Virus record (IMG/VR): IMGVR_UViG_3300008262_000018
Location: 1 to 64,000 of that record
DNA: 64,000 nt
Origin: a virus
Direction: 5' to 3' (one strand)
Shown piece by piece: positions 28,780-37,666 of this stretch (positions within the stretch are counted from its first letter, which is position 1; the number at the start of each line of letters is the position of its first letter). The position numbers and the translations under genes were made by a program. A model generated the notes under the pieces. It did not search any database, was not told the DNA's origin, and was given only the letters and a program-made list of their open reading frames with translations.

Positions 28780-29100
28780 ATGAATTGTCCTACAAATACA
28801 TATAGTTGTTGTAATTCTTGTTGTAGTAGCTCATGTAGTTGTAAAAAAATAACTACCACAACAACTACTACAATTCCTCCAATTCCTTGCAATGTTAATA
28901 ATTGTGAGCAAGTTATTGATTTACAATGTATTATGCACTATGAACAATTAGAATGTTTATCTATTGAAAGTAATGATTTACAAAGTTTAATTGGAATTAT
29001 TTTTGAAAAAATAACAGGATATAATTGTTCTTGTAATTTTGGTGATGTTATAGTACAAAACTTTATTACTACAACCACAAGTACTATTTTAATTGATTAA
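28780..29100 (+). CDS. Cys-rich, poly-Thr protein (short family A paralog of 27778)
   Basis: GYNCSCNFG vs GNNCSCEYG; both end TTT..I[IL]ID. Confidence 0.7.
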   Translation: MNCPTNTYSCCNSCCSSSCSCKKITTTTTTTIPPIPCNVNNCEQVIDLQCIMHYEQLECLSIESNDLQSLIGIIFEKITGYNCSCNFGDVIVQNFITTTTSTILID

Positions 29101-29107
29101 TTTAATA

Positions 29108-29758
29108 ATGAAAATATTTTTTAAAATATCATCTTTAGGAATTGGGTTAGGACCAGAATTTATACTATATGATAATTATAGTTTAACTATTCCTTTTAAA
29201 TTTTCTAGTCAACAATTGTTAGATGGCGTTGAAATATTAGTTAATGATTTAGCTACAAATATATATGTAAAATCAACAGGTGTATTTTGTAATGATCCTT
29301 GCGTATATGATGTTAAAAATTATGTAATACCTTTTGCTACAACAACGACTACTACTAGTTCAAGTACAACAACTACTACCACTAATAGTAGTACTACTAC
29401 ATCTACTACTACTACTAGCAGTAGCACTACTACTAGTACTACCACTAGCAATGGTACTACCACCACATCTACCAGTAGTACAACAACAACTACATCTACT
29501 AGTAGTACAACAACTAGTACAACTACTACACCTCCTCCTGTTTGTAATTGTTATAGAGTACAAAATGAAGGAGGATCTTTATCAACATATAGTTATACAG
29601 CATGTAATGGAAATATATTTGATAATGTACTAATAGGTGCTGGCGTAACAGTTTATATATGTGCTGTTATTGATACAGTAGTTACAGGTCCAGAAGTTAC
29701 TGAATTAAATCTAGCAACTAGTTGTTTGGATAGTCCAGAGTGTATTCCAATTGATTAA
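29108..29758 (+). CDS. Mucin-like Thr/Ser-rich protein (family C)
   Basis: GPEF...LLDGVEILV..VKSTG..CN, long T/S tract, then C.CY domain; ATG at 29108 preferred. Confidence 0.75.
   Translation: MKIFFKISSLGIGLGPEFILYDNYSLTIPFKFSSQQLLDGVEILVNDLATNIYVKSTGVFCNDPCVYDVKNYVIPFATTTTTTSSSTTTTTTNSSTTTSTTTTSSSTTTSTTTSNGTTTTSTSSTTTTTSTSSTTTSTTTTPPPVCNCYRVQNEGGSLSTYSYTACNGNIFDNVLIGAGVTVYICAVIDTVVTGPEVTELNLATSCLDSPECIPID
29337..29530 (+). repeat. Degenerate ACN/AGY codon repeat encoding about 65 aa of poly-Thr/Ser
   Basis: Mixed ACT/ACA/ACC/AGT codons; similar tracts at 29987-30128 and 30368-30440. Confidence 0.9.
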
Positions 29759-29761
29759 TAT

Positions 29762-31069
29762 ATGACAAAAACTATTTATATACAATTTATTCCACCAATA
29801 GGATATTATTCAGGTCCTAATTTTAGTATTACACCTAATATTGGTACTGCTGTTCCTAATGTATTTTCAAAAGAAGATTTATTAGATGGGGTGTATGTTA
29901 CAGTAGATGAGTTAGTTACTAGTGTAAGTATAAAATCTATTGGAGGAGGATGTAATAATGAGGTAATTTATCCTATAAAATTAATTACAACTACAACTAC
30001 TACTATTCCTGTAACAACAACAACAACTGCTGGTACTTCAACAACAACTAGTACTACGAGTACTAGTACAACAACAAGCACATCAACTACTTCTACTACA
30101 TCCACATCTACAACCAGCACTACAACACAACCACCATGTAAATGTTATAAAATAACAAATACATCATCTGTTTCTAGTATTTCTGGTAATTATAATCCTT
30201 GTGATGGTCTTGGCTCATTCTTAATTGCGCCTACACAATCTGTATATATTTGTACAAGATTTGAAAGTTCTATTGTTTATACTGTAAATGGAAGTCTTGC
30301 TACTCGTATAGAAATTACAAATGCGAATCCTGCTTATCCAAATTGTCCATGTAGTGGAATAATTCCAACGACAACAACAACATCTAGCAGTACAACTACA
30401 AGTACTACTACGAGTACAAGTACTACAACAACTACTACACAACCACCTTATTATACATGGAACATGTCCTCTACGTACAATACTGAGTCGCAAGCGGCTG
30501 CAGCTGGTTGTCAAAATACACTTGTTGTATACACAGGTGTTCCTTTAACAGCACCTTTTGTACAATTTTATACTAATGCATTACTTACTATTCCATTAAC
30601 AACAACAGGTTGGGTTACAGTTAATGATGGTACAAATCTTTTAATTCTAAATTTAGTAGCTGGTATTATAACACAAACAATTCCATTTGGAAAATGCAAT
30701 TCTGTTCATATAGGACTATCTATTACAAAAGATGCAACAAATTGTTATATGACAGCTACTGTTACTAAAGGAATTGTTTTAGACAATTTAGATATTAATG
30801 GTTCATTTTATACCTCTAGTAATTCTGTATGTGGATCAACTCCTATATCAACTTGTGGTTTTTCATTTATAATTCCAGCAGGATCTGTTGTAGGTTATAC
30901 ATATACAACAGCTGGATTATGCGGTGGTGGACCTGGCATATTATCTGCTTATTTAAATTCTTTAACAGTAGAAGGTGTTGCAATTACAACTCCTGCACAA
31001 TTTGAAGATATAAATAGTACAAATTATGGAATATTTAGTAGCTATTTAATTTGTACGCCTTTACCATAA
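29762..31069 (+). CDS. Mucin-like Thr/Ser-rich protein (family C), possible fibre/adhesin
   Basis: Same N-terminal domain as 29108 (GPNF...LLDGVYVTV..IKSIG..CN); two T/S tracts; C.CY domain; beta-rich C-terminus. Confidence 0.75.
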   Translation: MTKTIYIQFIPPIGYYSGPNFSITPNIGTAVPNVFSKEDLLDGVYVTVDELVTSVSIKSIGGGCNNEVIYPIKLITTTTTTIPVTTTTTAGTSTTTSTTSTSTTTSTSTTSTTSTSTTSTTTQPPCKCYKITNTSSVSSISGNYNPCDGLGSFLIAPTQSVYICTRFESSIVYTVNGSLATRIEITNANPAYPNCPCSGIIPTTTTTSSSTTTSTTTSTSTTTTTTQPPYYTWNMSSTYNTESQAAAAGCQNTLVVYTGVPLTAPFVQFYTNALLTIPLTTTGWVTVNDGTNLLILNLVAGIITQTIPFGKCNSVHIGLSITKDATNCYMTATVTKGIVLDNLDINGSFYTSSNSVCGSTPISTCGFSFIIPAGSVVGYTYTTAGLCGGGPGILSAYLNSLTVEGVAITTPAQFEDINSTNYGIFSSYLICTPLP

Positions 31070-31094
31070 AATTTGTATTTTTGTAAAAACCAAC
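31050..31094 (+). promoter_or_regulatory. Bacteroidota-type promoter (-7 TAnnTTTG) with TAAAAACCAAC leader
   Basis: TATTTTTG at 31076-31083; TTTG at 31050-31053. Confidence 0.5.
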
Positions 31095-31098
31095 ATTT

Positions 31099-32019
31099 AT
31101 GAAATTTATATGTGCGCAACCAGCCATAGACTATTACACATGGCAGGTTGAAGTAATGATTAACAACTTTATTAAAAATGGTGTTAATCCTAATGACATA
31201 CACATTTTGTGTGCATACCACGACATAATTCCAAAAACATGGAAAAAGTTGCAAATGCACTATAATGATGTATGTTTTTTCTTTTACAAAGATACACGAG
31301 GTAATCAATTCTATATTCCTTCTATTTATTTTAATATGATGAAACATCATATTAAGGCTCATCCTGAGCTAGAAAAAGAAGTGTTATTTCTTCATGATTC
31401 AGATATTATATTTACACGTCCTATTGATTTTAGTGAAATGGAAAAAGGGGACACTTGGTATTTAAGTGATACTGTAGGTTACATTGGCACCCAGTACATT
31501 TTAACAAAAGGAGAAGATGTTTATTTAGATATGTGTAGAGTGATGGAAATAGATCCATCTATTCCTAAAGAAAGAAATGCAGATTCAGGTGGCGCTCAGC
31601 ATATTGTAAAAAATACAACATACGAGTATTGGGATAAGGTGGAGAAAGATTCAATTAAGCTATATAAACATTTTTGTGAAACAGAACCTCATTATAAAGG
31701 CGAGGGGTATCCAATACAAAAATGGACAGCAGGAATGTGGTCTCTTTTGTGGAATGCTTGGAAGTTTGGACATACAACAAAAGTGGATAAAAGATTAGAT
31801 TTTTGTTGGGCTACAGATTTTATACAAAGATGGGAGCAAGCCCCAATATTTCATAATGCTGGAGTAACAGAAGATAGAAAAGATTTATTCTTTAAAGCTG
31901 CTTATATTAGTAAACTTCCATATAATGAAGTAAAGATAGAAAATATAAGTAATAAGTTTTGTTCTTATAAGTACACAGAAGAATTATTAAAAACCAAAGA
32001 AATATCGTGTTTAATTTAA
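31099..32019 (+). CDS. GT-A glycosyltransferase resembling peptide O-glycosyltransferases (SGT1/GT96, HPAT/GT95)
   Basis: YYTWQVEVM, DSDIIF (DxD), GGAQHI, WTAGMW, IFHNAG; family resemblance recalled, not searched. Confidence 0.6.
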   Translation: MKFICAQPAIDYYTWQVEVMINNFIKNGVNPNDIHILCAYHDIIPKTWKKLQMHYNDVCFFFYKDTRGNQFYIPSIYFNMMKHHIKAHPELEKEVLFLHDSDIIFTRPIDFSEMEKGDTWYLSDTVGYIGTQYILTKGEDVYLDMCRVMEIDPSIPKERNADSGGAQHIVKNTTYEYWDKVEKDSIKLYKHFCETEPHYKGEGYPIQKWTAGMWSLLWNAWKFGHTTKVDKRLDFCWATDFIQRWEQAPIFHNAGVTEDRKDLFFKAAYISKLPYNEVKIENISNKFCSYKYTEELLKTKEISCLI

Positions 32020-32035
32020 AAACCAATAAAAATAT

Positions 32036-32650
32036 ATGCAAAATTTAATTCAAAGATTTAATGATATTTATGAAAAAAATTTATGGGGATCTCAAGAAAG
32101 TGTAAGTGGATCTGGAAGTGAACTTAGTAGCACTAAAAAATTAAGAGAAGAATTACCATTTGTTTTTGCAAAATATAATATTAAATCAATGCTTGATATT
32201 CCATGTGGTGATTTTAACTGGATGAAAGAAGTTGATTTATCAAATGTTGATTACATTGGGGCAGATATTGTTCCAACAATAATCGATATAAATAAATCTA
32301 AATATCCCAACTTTAAATTTAAAGTGATGGATATTACAACAAGTAGTTTACCAAAGGTAGACTTAATATTTGTTAGAGATTGTTTAGGACATTTGAGTGA
32401 TCAAAATGTATTAAAAGCAATTGAAAATATTAAAGCTAGTGGAAGCAAATATCTTTTAACAACTAGTTTTACAAAATGGAATTACAACTCAAATATTGAA
32501 GATGGTGGTTGGAGATGTATTAATTTATTAATTCATCCATTTAAATTAAAACCTCAGTATCTTATTAATGAAGATTGTAAAGAAGGTTACCCTTATTATA
32601 ATGATAAATGTATGATTCTTTTTGATTTAGAAAATTTAAATAGTTTATGA
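32036..32650 (+). CDS. Class I SAM-dependent methyltransferase (probable glycan O-methyltransferase)
   Basis: SGSGS, MLDIPCGDFNWM, YIGADIV, DLIFVRDCLGHL. Confidence 0.82.
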   Translation: MQNLIQRFNDIYEKNLWGSQESVSGSGSELSSTKKLREELPFVFAKYNIKSMLDIPCGDFNWMKEVDLSNVDYIGADIVPTIIDINKSKYPNFKFKVMDITTSSLPKVDLIFVRDCLGHLSDQNVLKAIENIKASGSKYLLTTSFTKWNYNSNIEDGGWRCINLLIHPFKLKPQYLINEDCKEGYPYYNDKCMILFDLENLNSL

Positions 32651-33405
32651 CTTTACCTTTTATATCATGTAAAATGATTACATATGGTAGAGTTGAATTT
32701 CTTGAAGAATCATTGTATTCATTTTTAGCACAAGATTATCCTATAGATAAATGTGAACTTATAATTGTAAATGATTATCCTTTACAAAAATTAGAATTTT
32801 CATATCCAAATGTAAAAATTTTTAATTTGGATGAAACATTTAAAACAATAGGTGAAAAAGAAAATTTTGCTACAAAACAATGTAAAGGTGAAATAATATG
32901 TCAATGGGATGATGATGATTTAGCATTACCAAATCATTTAAAAAATGTAGCTAAATTTTTTATTCCAGGATCAGATCTTCTTCATTGGGACATTGGAGTA
33001 TTTATGAATATGCCTATAATTGAATTTAACGATAGGCCTTTAGGAAATTCAGGAATTGTTTTTAGTAAAACCATATGGAAAAAACTTGGTGGACATCCTA
33101 TAGAAAATGCTGGATATGATATGACATTTGTTATGAATATTCGTAAAATATCTAAAAATATTGTTTATGCAAAACCACCAATAAAAGAAGCAAGTTGGAT
33201 ATATGTTTGGGGAGGTAGAGATTATCATATGAGTGGAGGTGGAGCAGAAACTGCAGATAGACCAAATGTTGTTATAAGAAATGCTCAACATGTAGAAAAA
33301 AGAAGAAAAAGAGGTGAGATTCCTACAGGAGTTATAAAGTTAAATCCTAATTGGAAATATAATTATGTTAAAATGTTACAAGAGTTTAATTCTAAAAATA
33401 TTTGA
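32647..33405 (+). CDS. GT2-family glycosyltransferase
   Basis: ISCKMITYGR..FLEESLYSFLAQDY, ELIIVND, WDDDD. Confidence 0.85.
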   Translation: MTLPFISCKMITYGRVEFLEESLYSFLAQDYPIDKCELIIVNDYPLQKLEFSYPNVKIFNLDETFKTIGEKENFATKQCKGEIICQWDDDDLALPNHLKNVAKFFIPGSDLLHWDIGVFMNMPIIEFNDRPLGNSGIVFSKTIWKKLGGHPIENAGYDMTFVMNIRKISKNIVYAKPPIKEASWIYVWGGRDYHMSGGGAETADRPNVVIRNAQHVEKRRKRGEIPTGVIKLNPNWKYNYVKMLQEFNSKNI

Positions 33406-33440
33406 GAATTTCCTAAAAATTTCATATATTATATTGTAGA
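33401..33440 (+). promoter_or_regulatory. Late-type promoter
   Basis: TTTG 33401-33404, N20, TATATTAT at 33425. Confidence 0.6.
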
Positions 33441-33492
33441 CAACTTGTCTATAAATATACTATTATCGTACATCATTGATATTCAATAAGTT

Positions 33493-33792
33493 ATGATACC
33501 CTCTAAATCTAATCTTTCAAAAGAAAGTTGTTCTCCAATATCATCTAATTGTGTGATATGGCAAGGACCTGATATTCCTTGTTTAAATCTTTGTAATGGA
33601 GATACAGTTTCAGATATACTTTATAAACTTGCTGAAGACTACTGTAAATTTAAAGAGAGTCTTGATGTCCAAGACTTAGATATTACAGATCTATTATCTG
33701 CTTGTGGAACCAACACTCCAGCCCCACAAGATAAATCAATTGTTAAAATCCTTGAGATTATAATTGATAAGATTAACTGTTTATCAAACTAA
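33493..33792 (+). CDS. Short family A Cys-rich protein (fibre-anchor-like domain only)
   Basis: SSNCVIWQGPDIPCLNLCNGDTVSDILYKL. Confidence 0.7.
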   Translation: MIPSKSNLSKESCSPISSNCVIWQGPDIPCLNLCNGDTVSDILYKLAEDYCKFKESLDVQDLDITDLLSACGTNTPAPQDKSIVKILEIIIDKINCLSN

Positions 33793-33797
33793 TAAAT

Positions 33798-33824
33798 GTC
33801 GGAGTTTAGTTGGTTTTCTTCGAC
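33798..33824 (+). ncRNA. Hairpin displaying GTTGGTTTT loop (candidate regulatory RNA seed)
   Basis: GTCGGAG/CTTCGAC stem with 13-nt loop TTTAGTTGGTTTT. Confidence 0.45.
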
Positions 33825-33833
33825 TAATCTACA

Positions 33834-33862
33834 CCCTCCTTTTCTAGGGAGGGTTTGTTTTT
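33834..33862 (+). terminator. Intrinsic terminator
   Basis: CCCTCCTT-ttct-AGGGAGGG-TTTGTTTTT. Confidence 0.85.
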
Positions 33863-33928
33863 AAAACAAATTAGGAAATATAAAAAACTTAATATAACTT
33901 TACCAACCATAAACTAAAAACTTAATTT

Positions 33929-35116
33929 ATGAGTTTACATCACAAGGTCTATGGGACTTTAAAATGGAAAAAGTCAGATGAATATTGTGCTGCAAAATTA
34001 AACATTTCTCTCGAAGAATACAAGAAAATAAAACATAAAGTTTTAGAATCTCCCCCTCCAAAAATTACACATAAGATTATAGAGTTTAAGGAAGACGTTG
34101 AAAATGGTACAGCTGAAATAAAAGGCATTAGTTCTACAGAACCTAAATCAGCTGAGGAAATAATTGAACTCTTGAAGATTGATACTAACAAGTGGAAGCT
34201 TAGTTCTTATTGGAATAAAGAAACACATTCTGGTTGGTATGTATCAGCAATGGTTACACAGAAGAAACAAGAACCTGTTGATTATATATCTAAAGTGATT
34301 GAAAACTTTAAACCTGAATACCAACAAGTTACCACTATACACACAAATGATAAATATGAAAACCCATCAGTTGGAGTACTTTCTATTCAAGATTTACATT
34401 TTGGCAAAGAGGGCAATTTTACTATAGTAGAAGATTTTAAAAATGCTATTAGAGATTTAGTCTTGCGCGCATACGCAAGTCATAAATTAGAAAAAATTAT
34501 ATATGTTGTAGGTGGTGATCTTTTGAACATGGATAATTTTGATGGAGCTACAACAAAAGGAACACCTGTAGATAATGAACAAAGAGCATATGATGCTTAT
34601 AATGATGCATTTAATACACTATATTGGTCTGTAAATTATATCAAACAGTTTTGTAATGAGCTAGAAGTTGTTTATCTTCCAGGTAATCATGATAGACTTA
34701 GTTCATATCATATAGCTCATGCATTGTCAAAATGTTTTCAGGAGGATAGAAATATAGAATTTAATGTAGAATATTCTGAAAGAAAAGTTGTCGTCTATGG
34801 TGACAACTTTTTTGCTTTTGAACATGGGGATGTTACTAAAAAACTAACCCCTCTTGTATATGCTACCGAGTTTCCTAAACAATGGGGAAGTACAACCTAT
34901 CGTACATGTTATACAGGACACTTTCATAGCAAGAAAGTTACAGAATTTGTAACTGATAATGAGGTGCATGGGTTCTCTATAAAGCATCTTCCTTCTCTTT
35001 CTAGATCTGATTATTGGCACTATCATAATAAATTCACTGGCTCAAAACGCCAAGCTATTATGGAAATCCACGATGGAAAAAAAGGTAAAATTTCGGAGTT
35101 TACCTATAATGCCTAA
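33929..35116 (+). CDS. Calcineurin-like metallophosphoesterase
   Basis: DLHFGK, GGDLLN, PGNHD, HGD, GHFH motifs. Confidence 0.88.
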   Translation: MSLHHKVYGTLKWKKSDEYCAAKLNISLEEYKKIKHKVLESPPPKITHKIIEFKEDVENGTAEIKGISSTEPKSAEEIIELLKIDTNKWKLSSYWNKETHSGWYVSAMVTQKKQEPVDYISKVIENFKPEYQQVTTIHTNDKYENPSVGVLSIQDLHFGKEGNFTIVEDFKNAIRDLVLRAYASHKLEKIIYVVGGDLLNMDNFDGATTKGTPVDNEQRAYDAYNDAFNTLYWSVNYIKQFCNELEVVYLPGNHDRLSSYHIAHALSKCFQEDRNIEFNVEYSERKVVVYGDNFFAFEHGDVTKKLTPLVYATEFPKQWGSTTYRTCYTGHFHSKKVTEFVTDNEVHGFSIKHLPSLSRSDYWHYHNKFTGSKRQAIMEIHDGKKGKISEFTYNA

Positions 35117-35171
35117 ATCTTATAAGTTTAATTTTAAAATGTTCCAAGTTTTTAGTAAATTAATAATGTAG
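35114..35171 (+). promoter_or_regulatory. Late-type promoter with palindrome TAAATCT-TAT-AAGTTTA
   Basis: Palindrome 35114-35130; GTAAATTAATAATGTAG at 35155. Confidence 0.45.
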
Positions 35172-35177
35172 ATCATT

Positions 35178-35762
35178 GTGTCAAAACCTTATAAAAAACC
35201 AGATTTAAATGCTCCTAGGTATAGATCTAAGAAATTAAATCTTACTAACGTAGACATCTATAATAAGTTCCTTGAAGAGAATCCTCATATTGAAAGAATT
35301 TGTTTAGACAAGTTTAAAGAAGTTATCAAAACTTTTAATGGTAAAATTTGGGAATCAATTATAGAAAATAGAGATGGAGTTGAATTACCAGAACAGTTAG
35401 GATATATTTTTATAGGTACTTGTCCAAGAAAAAAAAGCAATGTTGATTTTAAAAAATCTGAACATTACGGGATAACATTACAAAATCAAAACTGGGAATC
35501 AGATCAATATGTTGCTAAAATATTTTATACAAACTATGAGAGTAAGTATAAATTTAAAAATCATGAGTTATGGGGTTTTAGTGGTGTAAGAGATTTTAAA
35601 AGAAAAGTGGGTCAAACATATCCTAAAGAATGGAAGAAGTATCTTATAGTTGATAACATGGTGAGAGTTAGTAGAATATTTAGAAAACAAAGTTTTGTAC
35701 AATTTAAGAATAAAGAAACCAAAGATCTACTTAAAGATTATGATGAATTTAATCTAGATTAA
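35178..35762 (+). CDS. crAss-like IHF-related protein
   Basis: KEVIKTFNGKIWESII..DGVELPEQLGYIFIG; typical position before tail genes; GTG start. Confidence 0.6.
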   Translation: MSKPYKKPDLNAPRYRSKKLNLTNVDIYNKFLEENPHIERICLDKFKEVIKTFNGKIWESIIENRDGVELPEQLGYIFIGTCPRKKSNVDFKKSEHYGITLQNQNWESDQYVAKIFYTNYESKYKFKNHELWGFSGVRDFKRKVGQTYPKEWKKYLIVDNMVRVSRIFRKQSFVQFKNKETKDLLKDYDEFNLD

Positions 35763-35763
35763 A

Positions 35764-36441
35764 ATGGCCAAAGTAACAATAGGAGATGTTTGCTCCAGAA
35801 TTCGTACTCAAGTAAAAGCAGTTAGACAAGATGCTTTGCTAACAGATCGTGTTATATACACGTTTGTTCTTAAGCATGCTAAATGGCTAATGAAGCGTGA
35901 AGATTCTAAAAGTAGGCTTCTTTCTTTTACTAGTGTGATTCAAACACTTGATTTTGTAGAATTAATAGAAGTAGATAAGGTAGAAGCAGAGTGTACAGGT
36001 ATTAGTTCTAATTGTACAATTAAAAGAACAAAAGAAAAAATTCCAGTTTTTTTACAAGGATATTGGGGTCCTTTGATTAGAAGTGTTGCTTCAATAGATG
36101 GTTCTGAACGTCTTCAACCAATTCTTCCTTCTACATATGTTTATAGTTCTAAATCAAAAAATAGCAAGTATAATAAAACAAAATACTTCTGGTATTTAAA
36201 TGACTACTTATATTTTCCTAATCTTGATTGGGATGCTGTAAAAATTGAAGGAATATTTGAAGATGATATAAGTGAATTTACATGTAAGAAAGAAGATAGT
36301 TGTATTCAAAGGCAAGATCAAGCATTTAATGTTCCTGATTACTTGTGGGGTGAAATTGAACAAAGTGTATTTAAAGATCTTGCAGGAATGCTTCAAATAC
36401 CACCTGATGCAGAAAATGATAAACAGAGTATAACTCGCTAA
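35764..36441 (+). CDS. Putative tail ring protein
   Basis: YFWYLNDYLY...VKIEGIFED; C-terminal P.D..ND; synteny. Confidence 0.6.
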   Translation: MAKVTIGDVCSRIRTQVKAVRQDALLTDRVIYTFVLKHAKWLMKREDSKSRLLSFTSVIQTLDFVELIEVDKVEAECTGISSNCTIKRTKEKIPVFLQGYWGPLIRSVASIDGSERLQPILPSTYVYSSKSKNSKYNKTKYFWYLNDYLYFPNLDWDAVKIEGIFEDDISEFTCKKEDSCIQRQDQAFNVPDYLWGEIEQSVFKDLAGMLQIPPDAENDKQSITR

Positions 36442-36446
36442 TACCT

Positions 36447-37304
36447 ATGAAGACAGAATTAAAATATAGAACATTTGATCAACTTCTTACTGAGGTTATT
36501 ACTGATTTTACAATGTATAATACCGAGGGTATGATTGAACCTGGTCAGCTTATTAAAGTGGCTCAAAGAGTTAATTACGATCTTGGTCTTAGAATTCATG
36601 GAACAAAAGAAAAAGTTTTGGAAATTGAGAGTAAAAAGATGAAACTTCCTGATGATTTCTATGTTCTTAATTATGCTAAACTTTGTGGAGAGTACACATT
36701 AAGAGATCCAATTCTTCATGGTAGACATACTGAGAATGTGATAATGGATAGTTGTCCTAAGTGTGGATGTGATAGCGGATGTGAGTGTGAAGCCACTTAT
36801 GTACAAGAATGTCAAAATGGAGAGAAAATATATGTACAAGTGGTAGAAAAACGCAAACAAGAGGTAAGAACGTATAAGCAATTTGTTGATATTAAGATAG
36901 TTGCTACTACAGGTAGAACTGATGCTCTTGATAATAGCTTTCCTACAGGGTATATTAAAAATGGATTTATATATACTAACCTGGACAAAGGAAATGTATT
37001 TATTTCTTATCAAGGTGCCTTAGAAGATGATCATGGAAACTTATTAGTATTAGATCATCCTGTAATTAACGAGTATTATGAATACGCAATGAAACAACGT
37101 ATTCTTGAAAATTTGTATATGAATGGCGAAGATGTTGTTAATAAAATTCAACTTATTGAGCAACGTTTACGTCCTGCTAGAAATAATGCTTTATCTATTG
37201 TTAACACTCCTGATTTTGAAGAAATGCAACAACTTTGGGAAACAAATAGAAAAGCACAGTATTATAAGTACTACGATATGTTTAAATCATACGGAGGTTT
37301 ATAA
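36447..37304 (+). CDS. Putative tail tubular/ring protein with Cys-rich insert
   Basis: KLPDDFY, NGFIYTNLDKG.V.ISY.G...D..G; CPKCGCDSGCEC insert. Confidence 0.65.
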   Translation: MKTELKYRTFDQLLTEVITDFTMYNTEGMIEPGQLIKVAQRVNYDLGLRIHGTKEKVLEIESKKMKLPDDFYVLNYAKLCGEYTLRDPILHGRHTENVIMDSCPKCGCDSGCECEATYVQECQNGEKIYVQVVEKRKQEVRTYKQFVDIKIVATTGRTDALDNSFPTGYIKNGFIYTNLDKGNVFISYQGALEDDHGNLLVLDHPVINEYYEYAMKQRILENLYMNGEDVVNKIQLIEQRLRPARNNALSIVNTPDFEEMQQLWETNRKAQYYKYYDMFKSYGGL

Positions 37305-37306
37305 TT

Positions 37307-37666
37307 ATGAAATATACATTAAAAATTAAGCTACCAACATATAATTGCGAGCTTCAATTTTATGTTACAGATCAGTTAAATGCTGAAATAAACAAAGTGT
37401 ATAAAAAATATAAAGTGGACGATGTGTTTGAGGATAGTGCTGAGGGAGTGTTATTTACACCAGATATTGATAAATATATACTTTTTATAGATATTAAATA
37501 TCTTAGTCATAACACTATAGCACATGAAATTTTTCATGCGGTTGTAAAAATAACAGGAGATAGAGATATAGAAGATGAAGAGGCACAAGCTTGGTTGGTA
37601 GGACATATCACTGGAGATGTCTATAAGTTTTTAAAGAAAAAAGTAATAGAGATAACTAATGGCTGA
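37307..37666 (+). CDS. Small zincin-like metallopeptidase
   Basis: TIAHEIFHAV...DEEAQAWLVG (HExxH plus distal E). Confidence 0.75.
   Translation: MKYTLKIKLPTYNCELQFYVTDQLNAEINKVYKKYKVDDVFEDSAEGVLFTPDIDKYILFIDIKYLSHNTIAHEIFHAVVKITGDRDIEDEEAQAWLVGHITGDVYKFLKKKVIEITNG

Noticed and set aside
29337-30440. ACT/ACA-rich repeats as a CRISPR array or DNA-level VNTR
   Set aside because: No repeat-spacer structure; mixed synonymous codons show protein-level poly-Thr/Ser
31988-31997. Additional TAAAAACCAA copy
   Set aside because: Inside the coding end of ORF 31099 and not at leader spacing; not counted as a leader site
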